In this document: positions 9,379 to 18,532 of the stretch, one piece after another
Position numbering within the stretch: position 1 is the first letter of the stretch
How the letters are laid out: each line of letters begins with the position of its first letter
Source of the DNA: a virus
DNA length: 64,000 bases
Strand: one strand, 5' to 3'
IMG/VR virus record: IMGVR_UViG_3300025131_000013
Coordinates: 1-64,000 of that record
The notes under the pieces: generated by a model
Told to the model about the DNA's origin: nothing
The model's input: only the letters and a program-made list of their open reading frames with translations
The model's database searches: none
Translations under genes and position numbers: made by a program

Positions 9379-9783
9379 ATGCCTGATGGAGAAGATAGAG
9401 TGCCGGTCCCAGGGGAGGAAGAAATACAAAGGCAGTTCCTTAAGGAGACTGGCCTGGCGAAAACGATTGCTAGATTCTCAACCCGAATCGCTGAAGGGGT
9501 GGCGGACGATCTACAAAAGAAGTTTGCGGCAATGTTCGCTACCTACAGATCTCAGACGGCTACAGAGATCCAGGAGATCATTGATGCGTTGAGGGAGGCC
9601 AAAGAGAATTTGGTCGATCCAGAGAATCTTGAGATAGATGCTGTTATCGACCAAGTGGTAAATCTCAGAGCCGGTCTGCTGGAGCTTCAAGAAGGGGTGG
9701 ACGATGGGACGGGCGTTTGGTCTCACGAGGTGCGATCGGAGGTAGTAAGGAAGATCGTGACCGCTATCGCAAGCGAATGCTAG
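9379..9783 (+). CDS. Hypothetical protein
   Basis: AAGGAGG SD; helical composition. Confidence 0.65.
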   Translation: MPDGEDRVPVPGEEEIQRQFLKETGLAKTIARFSTRIAEGVADDLQKKFAAMFATYRSQTATEIQEIIDALREAKENLVDPENLEIDAVIDQVVNLRAGLLELQEGVDDGTGVWSHEVRSEVVRKIVTAIASEC

Positions 9784-9790
9784 GGCCGAA

Positions 9791-9852
9791 TGCAGGCCGA
9801 ACAAGGGGCGGGGCGGGTCCGGAACCTACCCGATACCGCTCAGCCCTGCTAC
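9791..9852 (+). repeat. Intergenic structured element, copy 1 (homolog at 13607..13665)
   Basis: TGCAGG(C/T)CG ... GGGGCGGGTCCG(G)AACC ... CCTGCTAC is shared by both copies. Confidence 0.5.
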
Positions 9853-9878
9853 ACCGCTTAGACAAAGCGAGGTAAACT

Positions 9879-10292
9879 ATGATCGGTAGGTGGCTAGGCT
9901 ACGTTCATGATCGGGTCGTTGGACGAGAGATTCGGATAAGTGACAGCCATAAATATAGGAGACAAAAGTGGATGATTGATCATCCGATGGGCGACCAGTC
10001 AAGAGAGAGAAATGTGATTGGTGATCCTGTGATAATGGGGAAAGATCCAAACTTCTTCCTGGTAATTGGCGGACTGGTGCTAGGCTTTATGTTCGCAAGG
10101 GGAGAGGTGGAAGCTACTATCTGGATAATCTTTCTAGCTGTGTGCGTTACTGCCCCGTTGATGATGGTAGGGAAGTGGGCCTCAAACAGGGAGTTGGAGA
10201 AGAAGGCTGAGAAGGATGAGGAGAAGTTTGCTGGTGGAGTTAAGGCTGTAGAGCCTAACACGGGAGACTTGGATGATCTTGTTGACCTATAG
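9879..10292 (+). CDS. Membrane protein (2 TM)
   Basis: Two hydrophobic stretches; start uncertain. Confidence 0.55.
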   Translation: MIGRWLGYVHDRVVGREIRISDSHKYRRQKWMIDHPMGDQSRERNVIGDPVIMGKDPNFFLVIGGLVLGFMFARGEVEATIWIIFLAVCVTAPLMMVGKWASNRELEKKAEKDEEKFAGGVKAVEPNTGDLDDLVDL

Positions 10293-10299
10293 ATTCCAC

Positions 10300-10328
10300 T
10301 AGGACGCCAGTTGTCGATTCGCTACCTT
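10300..10328 (+). promoter_or_regulatory. Conserved early promoter copy (TAGGAC-N17-TACCTT)
   Basis: Motif match. Confidence 0.8.
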
Positions 10329-10372
10329 TAAGTAACGAGGGAAAGGCTGGAACCGGAAGGAGGTGATACGAT

Positions 10373-10540
10373 ATGGCGAAGGAAAGTTTTGTGAACGACA
10401 AGAGAACGAAAGTCCAGTTCTACGACAGCGAGCTTAAAGCATTCAGGGACGGGACGAAGTGGGAGTTGGCGAAGTTCTACGCTCTTGAGTTCTACCGTAT
10501 GAAGTTGGCGATTAAGTATTCTTGGCTACCTTGGAGGTAG
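10373..10540 (+). CDS. 55-aa hypothetical protein (below the ORF-track cutoff)
   Basis: AAGGAGGT SD; MAKESFVNDK...WLPWR. Confidence 0.65.
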   Translation: MAKESFVNDKRTKVQFYDSELKAFRDGTKWELAKFYALEFYRMKLAIKYSWLPWR

Positions 10541-10545
10541 GGAAG

Positions 10546-10797
10546 ATGATTACCGAGCGCAAGATATATATACTTGAATCGGAGATCCCCAATAGTTGCT
10601 GGTTGCGGGAGATCGAGATGACGATAGGGCACGCTGGACTACACGCGATCCAGTTCATGCGCGATATGAATCTCTTTGGGATCAGGGGCGCAATTAGTTA
10701 CGTGAAAAGATACGAGGCAGAGGGTCACTTTGAAGAAGGGACGACTGCCGAATTGGAGCGAATCGCGACTGAGCTAGAAGGTCATCTCAGTCAATAA
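10546..10797 (+). CDS. Hypothetical protein
   Basis: GGAGG SD before the ATG at 10546. Confidence 0.6.
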   Translation: MITERKIYILESEIPNSCWLREIEMTIGHAGLHAIQFMRDMNLFGIRGAISYVKRYEAEGHFEEGTTAELERIATELEGHLSQ

Positions 10798-10810
10798 GGA
10801 GGAAACGCAA

Positions 10811-11113
10811 ATGCCTGATTCACGGAAACTCGCTGGCTCGCTCAAGTATGTGAGCAAGGCCAAGATTACAATGCAGAATGGGTTTGATTTCCCATTCGAC
10901 ATGCTCCGATACGATCATTGTCATCCCGCATCCAGTGAGGATGCGACAGCTATATGGACATTAGTGACTGAGACGATCTTCGGTCGTGGTGAGAACGATA
11001 TGATTGAGGTCACCCTCGTCAAGTATCACGAGACTAAGGACAATCCTGGTTGGACGCCTGGGCGTTGGCAGTCCTTTGGTGCGCAGCTGGAGATTGTTGA
11101 TGCCTACTCCTAA
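10811..11113 (+). CDS. Phage hypothetical protein (FPFDMLRYD motif)
   Basis: AAGGAGG SD. Confidence 0.7.
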   Translation: MPDSRKLAGSLKYVSKAKITMQNGFDFPFDMLRYDHCHPASSEDATAIWTLVTETIFGRGENDMIEVTLVKYHETKDNPGWTPGRWQSFGAQLEIVDAYS

Positions 11114-11306
11114 CGACAAAATCGAAGTGAAGGACATACCTCGCTTGAGTAAGGTGAGGGAGTTCAACGGAGGCCCGATCAAGGGCCTTGTGAAGGGTGA
11201 GTCAAAAGACTGGCCTGGACGATGGTATGTGGAGATCAGCATAGAGGATATGGTCCACACCTGGTGCCTCTGGGAAGATGAGTTCACGGTTGTTGATGGG
11301 GAGTAA
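11100..11306 (+). CDS. Small beta-rich hypothetical protein
   Basis: In-frame ATG at 11100 within ORF 11004..11306. Confidence 0.55.
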   Translation: MPTPNDKIEVKDIPRLSKVREFNGGPIKGLVKGESKDWPGRWYVEISIEDMVHTWCLWEDEFTVVDGE

Positions 11307-11314
11307 CTTTCCAA

Positions 11315-11343
11315 TAGGTTCCAGGTTGTCGATTCGCTACCTT
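11315..11343 (+). promoter_or_regulatory. Conserved early promoter copy (TAGGTT-N17-TACCTT)
   Basis: Motif match. Confidence 0.8.
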
Positions 11344-11386
11344 ATAATAAGGACGAGAGACTTGGACCGGAGGGAGGTGATACGAA

Positions 11387-11602
11387 ATGGTCGTAACGAT
11401 TGATAAGGAACGCCGAGCCAAAGGTGAGAAGCTATTCAACGAAGGATGGCGGATCGCCAGAACCTTCCGAGTCCCGAAGCAGGGACGCCATAAGGGGTGG
11501 GTTAAACTTAAGAAGCACGGAGCGGGTGGTATGCTCCAGATCCCGCCTGAAACCGCTGAGCGAATCAAGGAGCTTGAAGAAGATGAAGGTTCTGATTCTT
11601 GA
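11387..11602 (+). CDS. Hypothetical protein
   Basis: GGAGGT SD after a promoter copy. Confidence 0.65.
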   Translation: MVVTIDKERRAKGEKLFNEGWRIARTFRVPKQGRHKGWVKLKKHGAGGMLQIPPETAERIKELEEDEGSDS

Positions 11603-11954
11603 CGATAACATCGACGTAGCCTTGTCAGTCTCTCAGATGACTAAGGCTTGTCTTCCTGAAGCGGAGATCCTGGTGTTCTACGATTCGCTTGAGGCGTTAC
11701 GGAAGATGACCGGCGATATTGATATCTTTATCACCGACTTCGATATGCCGGGGTTGGACGGAGTAGCGATGGCGGTCAACGCTAAGACGATGAATAAGAA
11801 AACAGCGGTTGTGATGATTAGCGGATTGCCTCAGACAGAGATCGAGGATACTCCTCGACGGACAGAAGATTTTAGGTCAAGCGTCGATTGGTTTATTGCT
11901 AAGCCGGTCAACTTGGCGGACCTTCAACGGACGATTGGAGAGATAGTCGAGTGA
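11583..11954 (+). CDS. Stand-alone response regulator receiver (CheY-like)
   Basis: MKVLILDD, FITDFDMPGLDG (phospho-Asp), MISG, FIAKP. Confidence 0.85.
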   Translation: MKVLILDDNIDVALSVSQMTKACLPEAEILVFYDSLEALRKMTGDIDIFITDFDMPGLDGVAMAVNAKTMNKKTAVVMISGLPQTEIEDTPRRTEDFRSSVDWFIAKPVNLADLQRTIGEIVE

Positions 11955-12073
11955 ACTACTACCAGCGAAAGAAGCGTGAGAAGCAGCTCATCGCTCTCGC
12001 CTTGTTCCTGTTCGTCTGTCTCTATATAGGATCGGAGCTATTCATCCACTACTACCTGGGACCGGAGCCATGA
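11951..12073 (+). CDS. 40-aa membrane peptide
   Basis: GTG overlapping the upstream stop; basic N-terminus plus one TM. Confidence 0.45.
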   Translation: MNYYQRKKREKQLIALALFLFVCLYIGSELFIHYYLGPEP

Positions 12074-12297
12074 TGGACCTTAATAAGGCTACTGGGGCCA
12101 TAGCCCGTGGGCTATTTGATGCCGGCTGGAGGACTTCGATAATGTCCTGCCACGACAAGGATAACCCGATGGAGATATTTAGAGAGGTGGATGGCGAGGG
12201 TGAAGTAGATCATTGTAGTAACCTTGGGGTATACCGCGCTCTCGATGAGATGAGCGAACATGCGAGGGATGAGGAAAATGGAACCTTGGAACGATAA
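12070..12297 (+). CDS. Hypothetical protein
   Basis: ORF track; ATGA coupling with the upstream gene. Confidence 0.55.
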   Translation: MMDLNKATGAIARGLFDAGWRTSIMSCHDKDNPMEIFREVDGEGEVDHCSNLGVYRALDEMSEHARDEENGTLER

Positions 12298-12640
12298 TCG
12301 TTGGTCTGACTGTCCGGATCTCACCGAGCGTGAGGCGTATGAAGAGTTGATGGAAGAAGAAGTGAGTGACGAGGATTGGGAGGAAGAATTTGAAAGGAGG
12401 AAGGTCAAAGAGGAGGATGAGGGACGAATTGCCCCGCCTGTGGGAGCTACCCTTGTTGACGATAACTTCGGGACATACCACGATACGGATGACCCGGATG
12501 TAGTTGAGTTCTACGCCCAAGTTCAGAGGGAGAGTGTCCCGACTGAATGCCAGGGGTGTGGCCGCACTTTTAATTTGCGGCCGGGATACGGCTTCTGTAA
12601 CTCGTGCGCTGATAAGCGAGAGAGAGGAATGGACTTTTGA
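12278..12640 (+). CDS. Acidic protein with C-terminal Zn finger
   Basis: CQGC...CNSC. Confidence 0.65.
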   Translation: MEPWNDNRWSDCPDLTEREAYEELMEEEVSDEDWEEEFERRKVKEEDEGRIAPPVGATLVDDNFGTYHDTDDPDVVEFYAQVQRESVPTECQGCGRTFNLRPGYGFCNSCADKRERGMDF

Positions 12641-13020
12641 GGGCGAGATCGGAGTTCACCCAGGGCTTCGTCGGTGCCGGCGATGAGACGTTCAATTTTA
12701 TCGCTAAGTGCTGGAACGTAAGCCACGCAAGGGCGATCCTTGCGGAAGAACCTAGAGATGGCGGGCAGTATCCTCTGGTTAACGTCAGACCTTTCATCGG
12801 AGCAATCCGAGATGAGGGAAAGGAGGCGATTGAGACCGCAGACTTGGATGAGCCAATCCTTCTGGTTGCGGTCCCGTTTGAAGAGGAAGGGGATAAAGGC
12901 CACTACTTGTTCCCCATCGACGGTTGGCATCGAATCAAGAAAGCGATCGGGTTGGGACTGAAGGAGATTCCAGGCGTAGCACTAACTCTTGAGGAAAGTG
13001 AGGAGGCCACACTCTTATGA
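12637..13020 (+). CDS. ParB/Srx-like domain protein
   Basis: DLDEPILL...IDGWHRIKKA. Confidence 0.7.
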   Translation: MRARSEFTQGFVGAGDETFNFIAKCWNVSHARAILAEEPRDGGQYPLVNVRPFIGAIRDEGKEAIETADLDEPILLVAVPFEEEGDKGHYLFPIDGWHRIKKAIGLGLKEIPGVALTLEESEEATLL

Positions 13021-13343
13021 GTCTCGGATATGATCCTGAGTTACCGAATGGATTCCAAGACGCCGACTTTGAGATGAGGGAAATGGAAGCTCAAGGTCGG
13101 GAGCACAGACGGAAGGTGAACCGCTCTCAAGCCCTTCGGGATGAGGGAAAGTGGGATGAAGCGGCTGAGGCTTGCCCGCATAGCGGAGGGTATAGTAGTC
13201 CTTCCAAAGCGGCTGAGCGGGCGGATGATCCTCGGAAGGATGAGAAGGGGTTCCGCTGTGGGACCTGCGGATCGTTCCTCTCAGGAGATCCGTGGGAGGA
13301 TTACACTATCATTGCAGCTTGTGAGATAGAACCTTACATCTAG
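13017..13343 (+). CDS. Zn-ribbon hypothetical protein
   Basis: CPH...RCGTCG. Confidence 0.6.
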   Translation: MSLGYDPELPNGFQDADFEMREMEAQGREHRRKVNRSQALRDEGKWDEAAEACPHSGGYSSPSKAAERADDPRKDEKGFRCGTCGSFLSGDPWEDYTIIAACEIEPYI

Positions 13344-13352
13344 GAGGAAGGT

Positions 13353-13595
13353 GTGTCTAAGACCAGTAGTATCTTGAGGCAGAAGGAGCTTCAGTCCCAG
13401 AAGCACGACTCAGAAATAGCCTCTTGTATCTCTGTGCTACACGACGCAGTGCTGGCAAGACTGGCTATCGACCCAGACCATCTTAAGCGAGTGATGGTTG
13501 ACTTTACTCGATGTGATGATCACTCGGACGCAGTGATGTCCGTAGACTATATGCGGATGGAAGTGGCGGAATTCACTGAGAATTACGTAATATAA
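13353..13595 (+). CDS. Hypothetical protein
   Basis: AGGAGG SD; GTG start. Confidence 0.6.
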   Translation: MSKTSSILRQKELQSQKHDSEIASCISVLHDAVLARLAIDPDHLKRVMVDFTRCDDHSDAVMSVDYMRMEVAEFTENYVI

Positions 13596-13606
13596 TGCCG
13601 GCGTGT

Positions 13607-13665
13607 TGCAGGTCGTTTGTTTCGGGGCGGGTCCGAACCCGTAGAGTTACTGTTCGGCCTGCTAC
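13607..13665 (+). repeat. Intergenic structured element, copy 2 (homolog at 9791..9852)
   Basis: GCAGGTCG/CGGCCTGC closing stem around GGGGCGGGTCCGAACC. Confidence 0.5.
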
Positions 13666-13726
13666 GGGGCTGCATTCGAGCTGGAATAACCGCATCATAA
13701 GGGTCGAAAGGCCGAAGGAGCGAGGA

Positions 13727-13945
13727 ATGCCGATCAAGATGAAGAAGATCAAGTCGAGCAATATTCAGTCAGCGGGTTACGATGGGAAGAAGCACGTCAT
13801 GGTGATTAACTTTGGCGGTCCGGACTACCACTACGCCGATGTGCCGGTTGAAGTCTATACCAGTTTCTGTTCCGCAGATTCCAAAGGGAAGTTCTTCCAT
13901 ACGGAGATCAGAGACAAGTTTGAGCATGAGAAGCAGGAGGACTAA
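13727..13945 (+). CDS. KTSC domain protein
   Basis: SSNIQSAGYD...YHYADVP.EVY..F..ADSKGKFFH.EIR. Confidence 0.85.
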   Translation: MPIKMKKIKSSNIQSAGYDGKKHVMVINFGGPDYHYADVPVEVYTSFCSADSKGKFFHTEIRDKFEHEKQED

Positions 13946-13953
13946 ACCAGTCA

Positions 13954-14175
13954 ATGGTGCTTAATCGCAACTGGAAGGAAATGATGATGGAAGCTACAGA
14001 AGCCCAGATGAAAGCAATCCAGATCCTTTTGAAGCGCAACGAGAAGTTGATACTGTGGCGCCCAACGACGATGGACGCTCTGCCTGAGGGGTATATTGCG
14101 GGTGCCTACTGTATTAAGTTTGGTGATGATCCCAGGGCATGCGGGATTGATCCGGATGGCTCGGTGTCGTCATGA
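13954..14175 (+). CDS. Hypothetical protein
   Basis: ORF track. Confidence 0.55.
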   Translation: MVLNRNWKEMMMEATEAQMKAIQILLKRNEKLILWRPTTMDALPEGYIAGAYCIKFGDDPRACGIDPDGSVSS

Positions 14176-14206
14176 CCCTCTATTTGGCCCAAAATCTTAC
14201 TTAAGA

Positions 14207-14425
14207 ATGAAGGAGGAAGTGGTGACTGAAGAGACGCTCCTATATGCGGCTAAAGAAGTGAAGCCGATAGCTCCTGAGATTGCAAGGAGATTGAAGAAGT
14301 TGGGATGGGGAGTATTCGCTGATACTGTGATAGCGAAAGATGGGGACGACAACAACTCTGCCGCGATAGTTCGGGATATTGATCCTTCGGTTATAGCTGA
14401 GATGAAAGGAGAAGGTGATGGCTGA
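14207..14425 (+). CDS. Hypothetical protein
   Basis: 3' part of ORF 14096..14425; start uncertain. Confidence 0.55.
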   Translation: MKEEVVTEETLLYAAKEVKPIAPEIARRLKKLGWGVFADTVIAKDGDDNNSAAIVRDIDPSVIAEMKGEGDG

Positions 14426-14618
14426 GGGACCGTTTTTAGTGATTGAGGATATAGACTTGCCCTTCCCAGAGAGTCTAGGGATGCAGGTGCAGGTGACGCA
14501 AGCCTATCGGCTGACCGAGCTATTTGATCGAGTCGAAGCGGGTGAGGTAATTACGGTGTTGGTTGGTAGGACCGCAATTGGTTCTAAGACGCTAACCCTT
14601 TCACTGAAAGATAAGTAA
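14415..14618 (+). CDS. Hypothetical protein
   Basis: AAGGAG SD. Confidence 0.55.
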   Translation: MMAEGPFLVIEDIDLPFPESLGMQVQVTQAYRLTELFDRVEAGEVITVLVGRTAIGSKTLTLSLKDK

Positions 14619-14640
14619 GATGATGAGGTAAAGAAATCAA

Positions 14641-14669
14641 TAGGACGCCAGGTGCGGATTCGTTAATTT
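14641..14669 (+). promoter_or_regulatory. Conserved early promoter copy (TAGGAC-N17-TAATTT)
   Basis: Motif match. Confidence 0.8.
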
Positions 14670-14718
14670 TAAATAGGCCGGAGAAACCGGCAGAGAACCC
14701 GAACTGGGAGAAGAGAAG

Positions 14719-15042
14719 ATGGGAAACTACGGCGTTCAAGAAACTAACCCGATCACTAAAGGCTTCCACAACGAGAAGCCAGAGGGATCGGTTTGTTGGA
14801 CGGACCCGAGGCTTGAGAGTATCGAACGTCTCAGGCTACTTTCGGATCCAGGATTCCCGATGTGGGACGTAAGCTATTGTACGGGCAGGTTAAAGGACGG
14901 CACAAAAGTTGATGTCGAACTTCCGTTCGATCAGCTTCGGAAGCGCAGGAAGATCAACGCGCAGATAGTCGCTTACGCCAAGAAGGACGGTGTCTACGCC
15001 AAGCGGCTCGGAATCTTCAGCGCGATCTCGACGCTCAACTAG
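14719..15042 (+). CDS. Phage hypothetical protein
   Basis: RLRLLSDPGFPMWDVSYC; first gene after a promoter copy. Confidence 0.7.
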   Translation: MGNYGVQETNPITKGFHNEKPEGSVCWTDPRLESIERLRLLSDPGFPMWDVSYCTGRLKDGTKVDVELPFDQLRKRRKINAQIVAYAKKDGVYAKRLGIFSAISTLN

Positions 15043-15047
15043 GGGGA

Positions 15048-15263
15048 GTGATGAAAGAGAACAAGGTATTCGCAGTCATATCGTATGATGGCTACCTCGG
15101 TTGTAACTTCACTCGTTACGCCAACGGGGCCGCGACAGGTTGTCGGGACTTTCCCGATGGAGAAATCACCCTCGCAACTCTCGACCGAATCAGAGATGCG
15201 ATCGCAGAGCATCTCGGACTCATCGAAGGTTCCGGTCACTACAAAGAGAGTGTTGATGGATAA
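15048..15263 (+). CDS. Hypothetical protein
   Basis: ORF track. Confidence 0.55.
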   Translation: MMKENKVFAVISYDGYLGCNFTRYANGAATGCRDFPDGEITLATLDRIRDAIAEHLGLIEGSGHYKESVDG

Positions 15264-15585
15264 GATCAAGCTAGCAGGGGATTCGATCTGGTGGAATCGG
15301 AAGGATTTTGATGGGAGAGAGATAAGCGAGCAGGCAGGCAAGCCCTACCCGAAGGAAGCAGAAGTCGGTGATATGGAAGAGGAAGATAATGATCTTGGCC
15401 TCCCGAGCACGATCATAACGGTCTACCATAACCTTCCTTGGGAAATTTACACCGATACAGGATTCGCCGAGGGAGTCAAAAGACTCTGGAAGGAGAGGAC
15501 TGGTGAGGATCACGATATAGATTGGACGGAGCAGGGCATGCAGAACGACTCGGTAGCAACCTTCGATATGTTGGCCAAGCAGTAA
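15256..15585 (+). CDS. Hypothetical protein
   Basis: WEIYTDTGF...WTEQGMQ; in-frame ATG at 15256. Confidence 0.65.
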   Translation: MDKIKLAGDSIWWNRKDFDGREISEQAGKPYPKEAEVGDMEEEDNDLGLPSTIITVYHNLPWEIYTDTGFAEGVKRLWKERTGEDHDIDWTEQGMQNDSVATFDMLAKQ

Positions 15586-15594
15586 AGAAACCAA

Positions 15595-15623
15595 TAGGAA
15601 CTCAGGTGGGGATTCGTTACCTT
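15595..15623 (+). promoter_or_regulatory. Conserved early promoter copy (TAGGAA-N17-TACCTT)
   Basis: Motif match. Confidence 0.8.
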
Positions 15624-15672
15624 TAAGTAGGTCGAGAGCCGACTGGGACGGACTAACTGAGAAGGAGAAAAG

Positions 15673-15927
15673 ATGAGAGACAGGTTCGATGATATCGTAG
15701 ACGCCGATATGGCGGGCGACTCAGCGAAATCTGAACTCCTGAGGGAGTTGGATCGCTTGATGATAGACCCCGATGATTGCTCTCCGGACGTTTGCCCAGG
15801 TTGCGGAGGCGAACTGAAAGAGGGAGGCGGGTATGTTGGTGAGACGGTAGTTTACTGCGACGCTGACGGTTGTAAGGTCGGAATCGTCTGGGAAGATTCG
15901 GCTGCGGCTATCGCCGCTGTCTTTTAG
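15673..15927 (+). CDS. Zn-ribbon hypothetical protein
   Basis: CPGCGG...YC....C. Confidence 0.65.
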   Translation: MRDRFDDIVDADMAGDSAKSELLRELDRLMIDPDDCSPDVCPGCGGELKEGGGYVGETVVYCDADGCKVGIVWEDSAAAIAAVF

Positions 15928-15933
15928 GAGGGA

Positions 15934-16683
15934 GTGATGACGGAGAGAGCGAAGAAACTGCTGGCGGGGCGTAGTCTGCCCCGCTTTGTAGAGGAATTTG
16001 CTACCTCGGCTGAGCCGATAGACGGGCACCAGGGTGGCGGCGTTCCCTACTTGAACTTCTTGGCCGACCGTATTTGGAAGTTGGCCGAGAGGATGAATGG
16101 CGATAACCCCTCTGGATATCGAATATCAAAGTATGCTGAGGGAGTAAATCTTGAACATCAGCCAGATACGATTGAGGAAGCTACCCGGACAGTCCTGACT
16201 GATGAGGAGATGTATTCGGTTCCGTTTGAAGCCGGGGATGGACGAGGTGAAAAGAGTATCCTGGCTGCGAGACTCTACTCTTGGATGGCAGCCAGATACT
16301 ATGAGGAGTGTGAATCGAAGGAAGATCACAACCTGGAAAAGATCCCGCTGGATATCGAAGTTGACGTAGGCGGTGAAGTATTCCTCGCTGTTACGCTGAA
16401 GTATGGGGATAAGTCATTCTCCTTTGAACTAGACGAGTGGTTCGCTGGCTTTAGCTATAATGGATCTCTTGATCCTAATGGCGAAACGATTGATTCGTAT
16501 GATCGTTTTTGGTCCGACTACGCTGTAAGGCCGAAGGTTGATTCGCTAAAGAAGATGAGCGGAGAAGATGTTCTTAAGGCCGGATACAGCGAAGGATGGC
16601 TGAAAGAAGGAGTAGATGAATACGTGGCTATTCCTAATCCTGGAGTAGCTGGAGGCGTAACTATTGTTTCTTTGGAGGCTTAG
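15934..16683 (+). CDS. Hypothetical protein
   Basis: 249-aa ORF with SD. Confidence 0.7.
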   Translation: MMTERAKKLLAGRSLPRFVEEFATSAEPIDGHQGGGVPYLNFLADRIWKLAERMNGDNPSGYRISKYAEGVNLEHQPDTIEEATRTVLTDEEMYSVPFEAGDGRGEKSILAARLYSWMAARYYEECESKEDHNLEKIPLDIEVDVGGEVFLAVTLKYGDKSFSFELDEWFAGFSYNGSLDPNGETIDSYDRFWSDYAVRPKVDSLKKMSGEDVLKAGYSEGWLKEGVDEYVAIPNPGVAGGVTIVSLEA

Positions 16684-17319
16684 ATGGAACGAGTCGATGT
16701 GGAAGCGAAAGACTTCAAGCATCTGCTGGCCGCCTTCCTAGAGGGCCAGATGGAGGACCACGCGCCCGGTGTTTGGGTTGATATCGAAGGGAAGATTGAT
16801 ATTGTCCCGGCGGGGGAATCGTGGATGAGCGTTCGGTTGGACTTCGGTGATACGCCCTTTCTGTTCGAGATTGATACGTCCAAAGAAGATATCCAGATGT
16901 TCGAGGAACGGAAGGATGAGTTAGCTGAGGTAGTCCAAGCGAGGGCGTTGCTACGGGACGGTTGGCGCGCCGACGATTCCGCTGCTAAACCGGAATACTG
17001 CACTCATTCGATCTTTGACCCTAAAGGTGGCGCCTCGTGTGTGATCCCTCCGGGAGTATTTGACGAGATGGTGAAGATCCAGAATCGGGATGAGGATACC
17101 CCGAATGGCTGTATTGTCTCGGAGTCGGGTGTGAAAGTAGTTCCGGTTGTCGAGGCGACCGTAGTTGCCGCCCAGAAGCTCTATGACGAGGGATACCGCA
17201 ACTACCCAGCGAGGGAAGGCTTCTGGATCTACAGGACGGATGAGAACCAGAACGACGATGCCCAAGAAATAAGCCAGGCTACCTGGAGCGCGCTACTTGC
17301 TCTGGAGGATCGACACTAG
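16684..17319 (+). CDS. Hypothetical protein
   Basis: 211-aa ORF with SD. Confidence 0.7.
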   Translation: MERVDVEAKDFKHLLAAFLEGQMEDHAPGVWVDIEGKIDIVPAGESWMSVRLDFGDTPFLFEIDTSKEDIQMFEERKDELAEVVQARALLRDGWRADDSAAKPEYCTHSIFDPKGGASCVIPPGVFDEMVKIQNRDEDTPNGCIVSESGVKVVPVVEATVVAAQKLYDEGYRNYPAREGFWIYRTDENQNDDAQEISQATWSALLALEDRH

Positions 17320-17364
17320 AAGGTGAGGGTGAGTAGAGATTCCAATAATCAGAAAGGAGAAGTA

Positions 17365-17757
17365 ATGAACTGGGAACTTAACCGTAAACTGGAGAGGATA
17401 GCAGTGTATGCCGTCCTTAAGATGCTCTCGGATGATGAATGGAAGCCTTACCGCGTAGATGATGGGTGCGAAGATATCGGTATAAACAGGGTGACCGATA
17501 TCCACGAGGCATATCGCGCTGTGATGGCGGTAGACGAATCGTATGTCAACCTCAAGAAGGTAACTGCTGGTGTCCCTCCTAAGACTACGATTGGTTGGGT
17601 GCGGTTCGTTATGGGTAACGACCCGGACGAGGTGGTGTGCGACTATACTACCTCAATTGAGACTCTCGACCATGTTGACGTAAAGGATCTGATTGACGAG
17701 CAGCTCGACCGTATTCTGGATGAATATTTATACGAATACTTACACAACGTAGCTTAA
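17365..17757 (+). CDS. Hypothetical protein
   Basis: GWVRFVMGND..EVVCDY; AAGGAG SD. Confidence 0.7.
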   Translation: MNWELNRKLERIAVYAVLKMLSDDEWKPYRVDDGCEDIGINRVTDIHEAYRAVMAVDESYVNLKKVTAGVPPKTTIGWVRFVMGNDPDEVVCDYTTSIETLDHVDVKDLIDEQLDRILDEYLYEYLHNVA

Positions 17758-18124
17758 GGGGGTTTTGATGCAGGCAATTCTCAGTGGTACCAATGGCTAA
17801 AAACATCTTTTCCCGTAGGGAGGAAACATAGCAACCAATGGGCAAAAAGAAATTCGGGATGAGAAATGATGGGAAGGAAAGAAAGGTCAGCCCTAAAGAA
17901 TGTGAGGTATGCTGAGGGAGGTGTAGGACTAAGGTGGATGACGTATACTTAATGCTATGTAGCGTATATCGTCCTATATGTAGGAGTGCGTCTATGGCGT
18001 AGGGTTACGGACTATGACTGGATGTGGTATGATGACGACTGTAATATGATCTGCCTAGTCTTTACTGCTGTAGTTATGCTCGTGGGGTGGTTAGGACTAG
18101 AGTGCCTTATGTTCCTCTCCCACT

Positions 18125-18199
18125 CTCCCCGCTGAATCCTCTCATTATCAATCTAGCTCCCCGCTGAATCCTCTCATTATCAATCTAGCTCCCCGCTGA
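18125..18199. repeat. Perfect 32-bp tandem repeat (2.3 copies)
   Basis: CTCCCCGCTGAATCCTCTCATTATCAATCTAG twice, then CTCCCCGCTGA. Confidence 0.95.
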
Positions 18200-18229
18200 T
18201 GTGAGACACCGCTCGACTTCCCTCCTGGC

Positions 18230-18478
18230 ACTCAGTCACACACCCACACTGGGTTGATTGGATGATTGGCACGATGCCCAGCTGGCTGTGTTTTCAGTCA
18301 ACCGGCAGTAATCACAATTGACGTGCCTTATCAGCACCAAACCGCACCAAACAGGACTGGCCATTCAGTCAACCAGGCAAGTTTGGGTTGCTGAATGGTG
18401 AATTTAACCATCCAGTCAACCATGCAAGTCTGGGTTGTTGAATGTTGAATGGTGGATGCTGCTGGTTGTTGGTTGGGT
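18230..18478. repeat. CA/TG-rich block 1 with CAGTCAAC motifs and an imperfect 47-bp tandem duplication
   Basis: CAGTCAAC at 18295, 18366 and 18413; the last two start near-identical units. Confidence 0.8.
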
Positions 18479-18491
18479 CCGGCCCGGATGT

Positions 18492-18530
18492 GGAAAGGGG
18501 GTCGACCTTGGAGCTGGCCGACCCCCTTCC
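18492..18530 (-). terminator. Hairpin at the 3' end of the minus-strand gene
   Basis: GGAA(A)GGGGGTCG/CGACCCCCTTCC. Confidence 0.55.
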
Positions 18531-18532
18531 TG

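Noticed and set aside
18125-18199. 32-bp repeat as a CRISPR mini-array
   Set aside because: Units are head-to-tail with no spacers, and no cas genes are present
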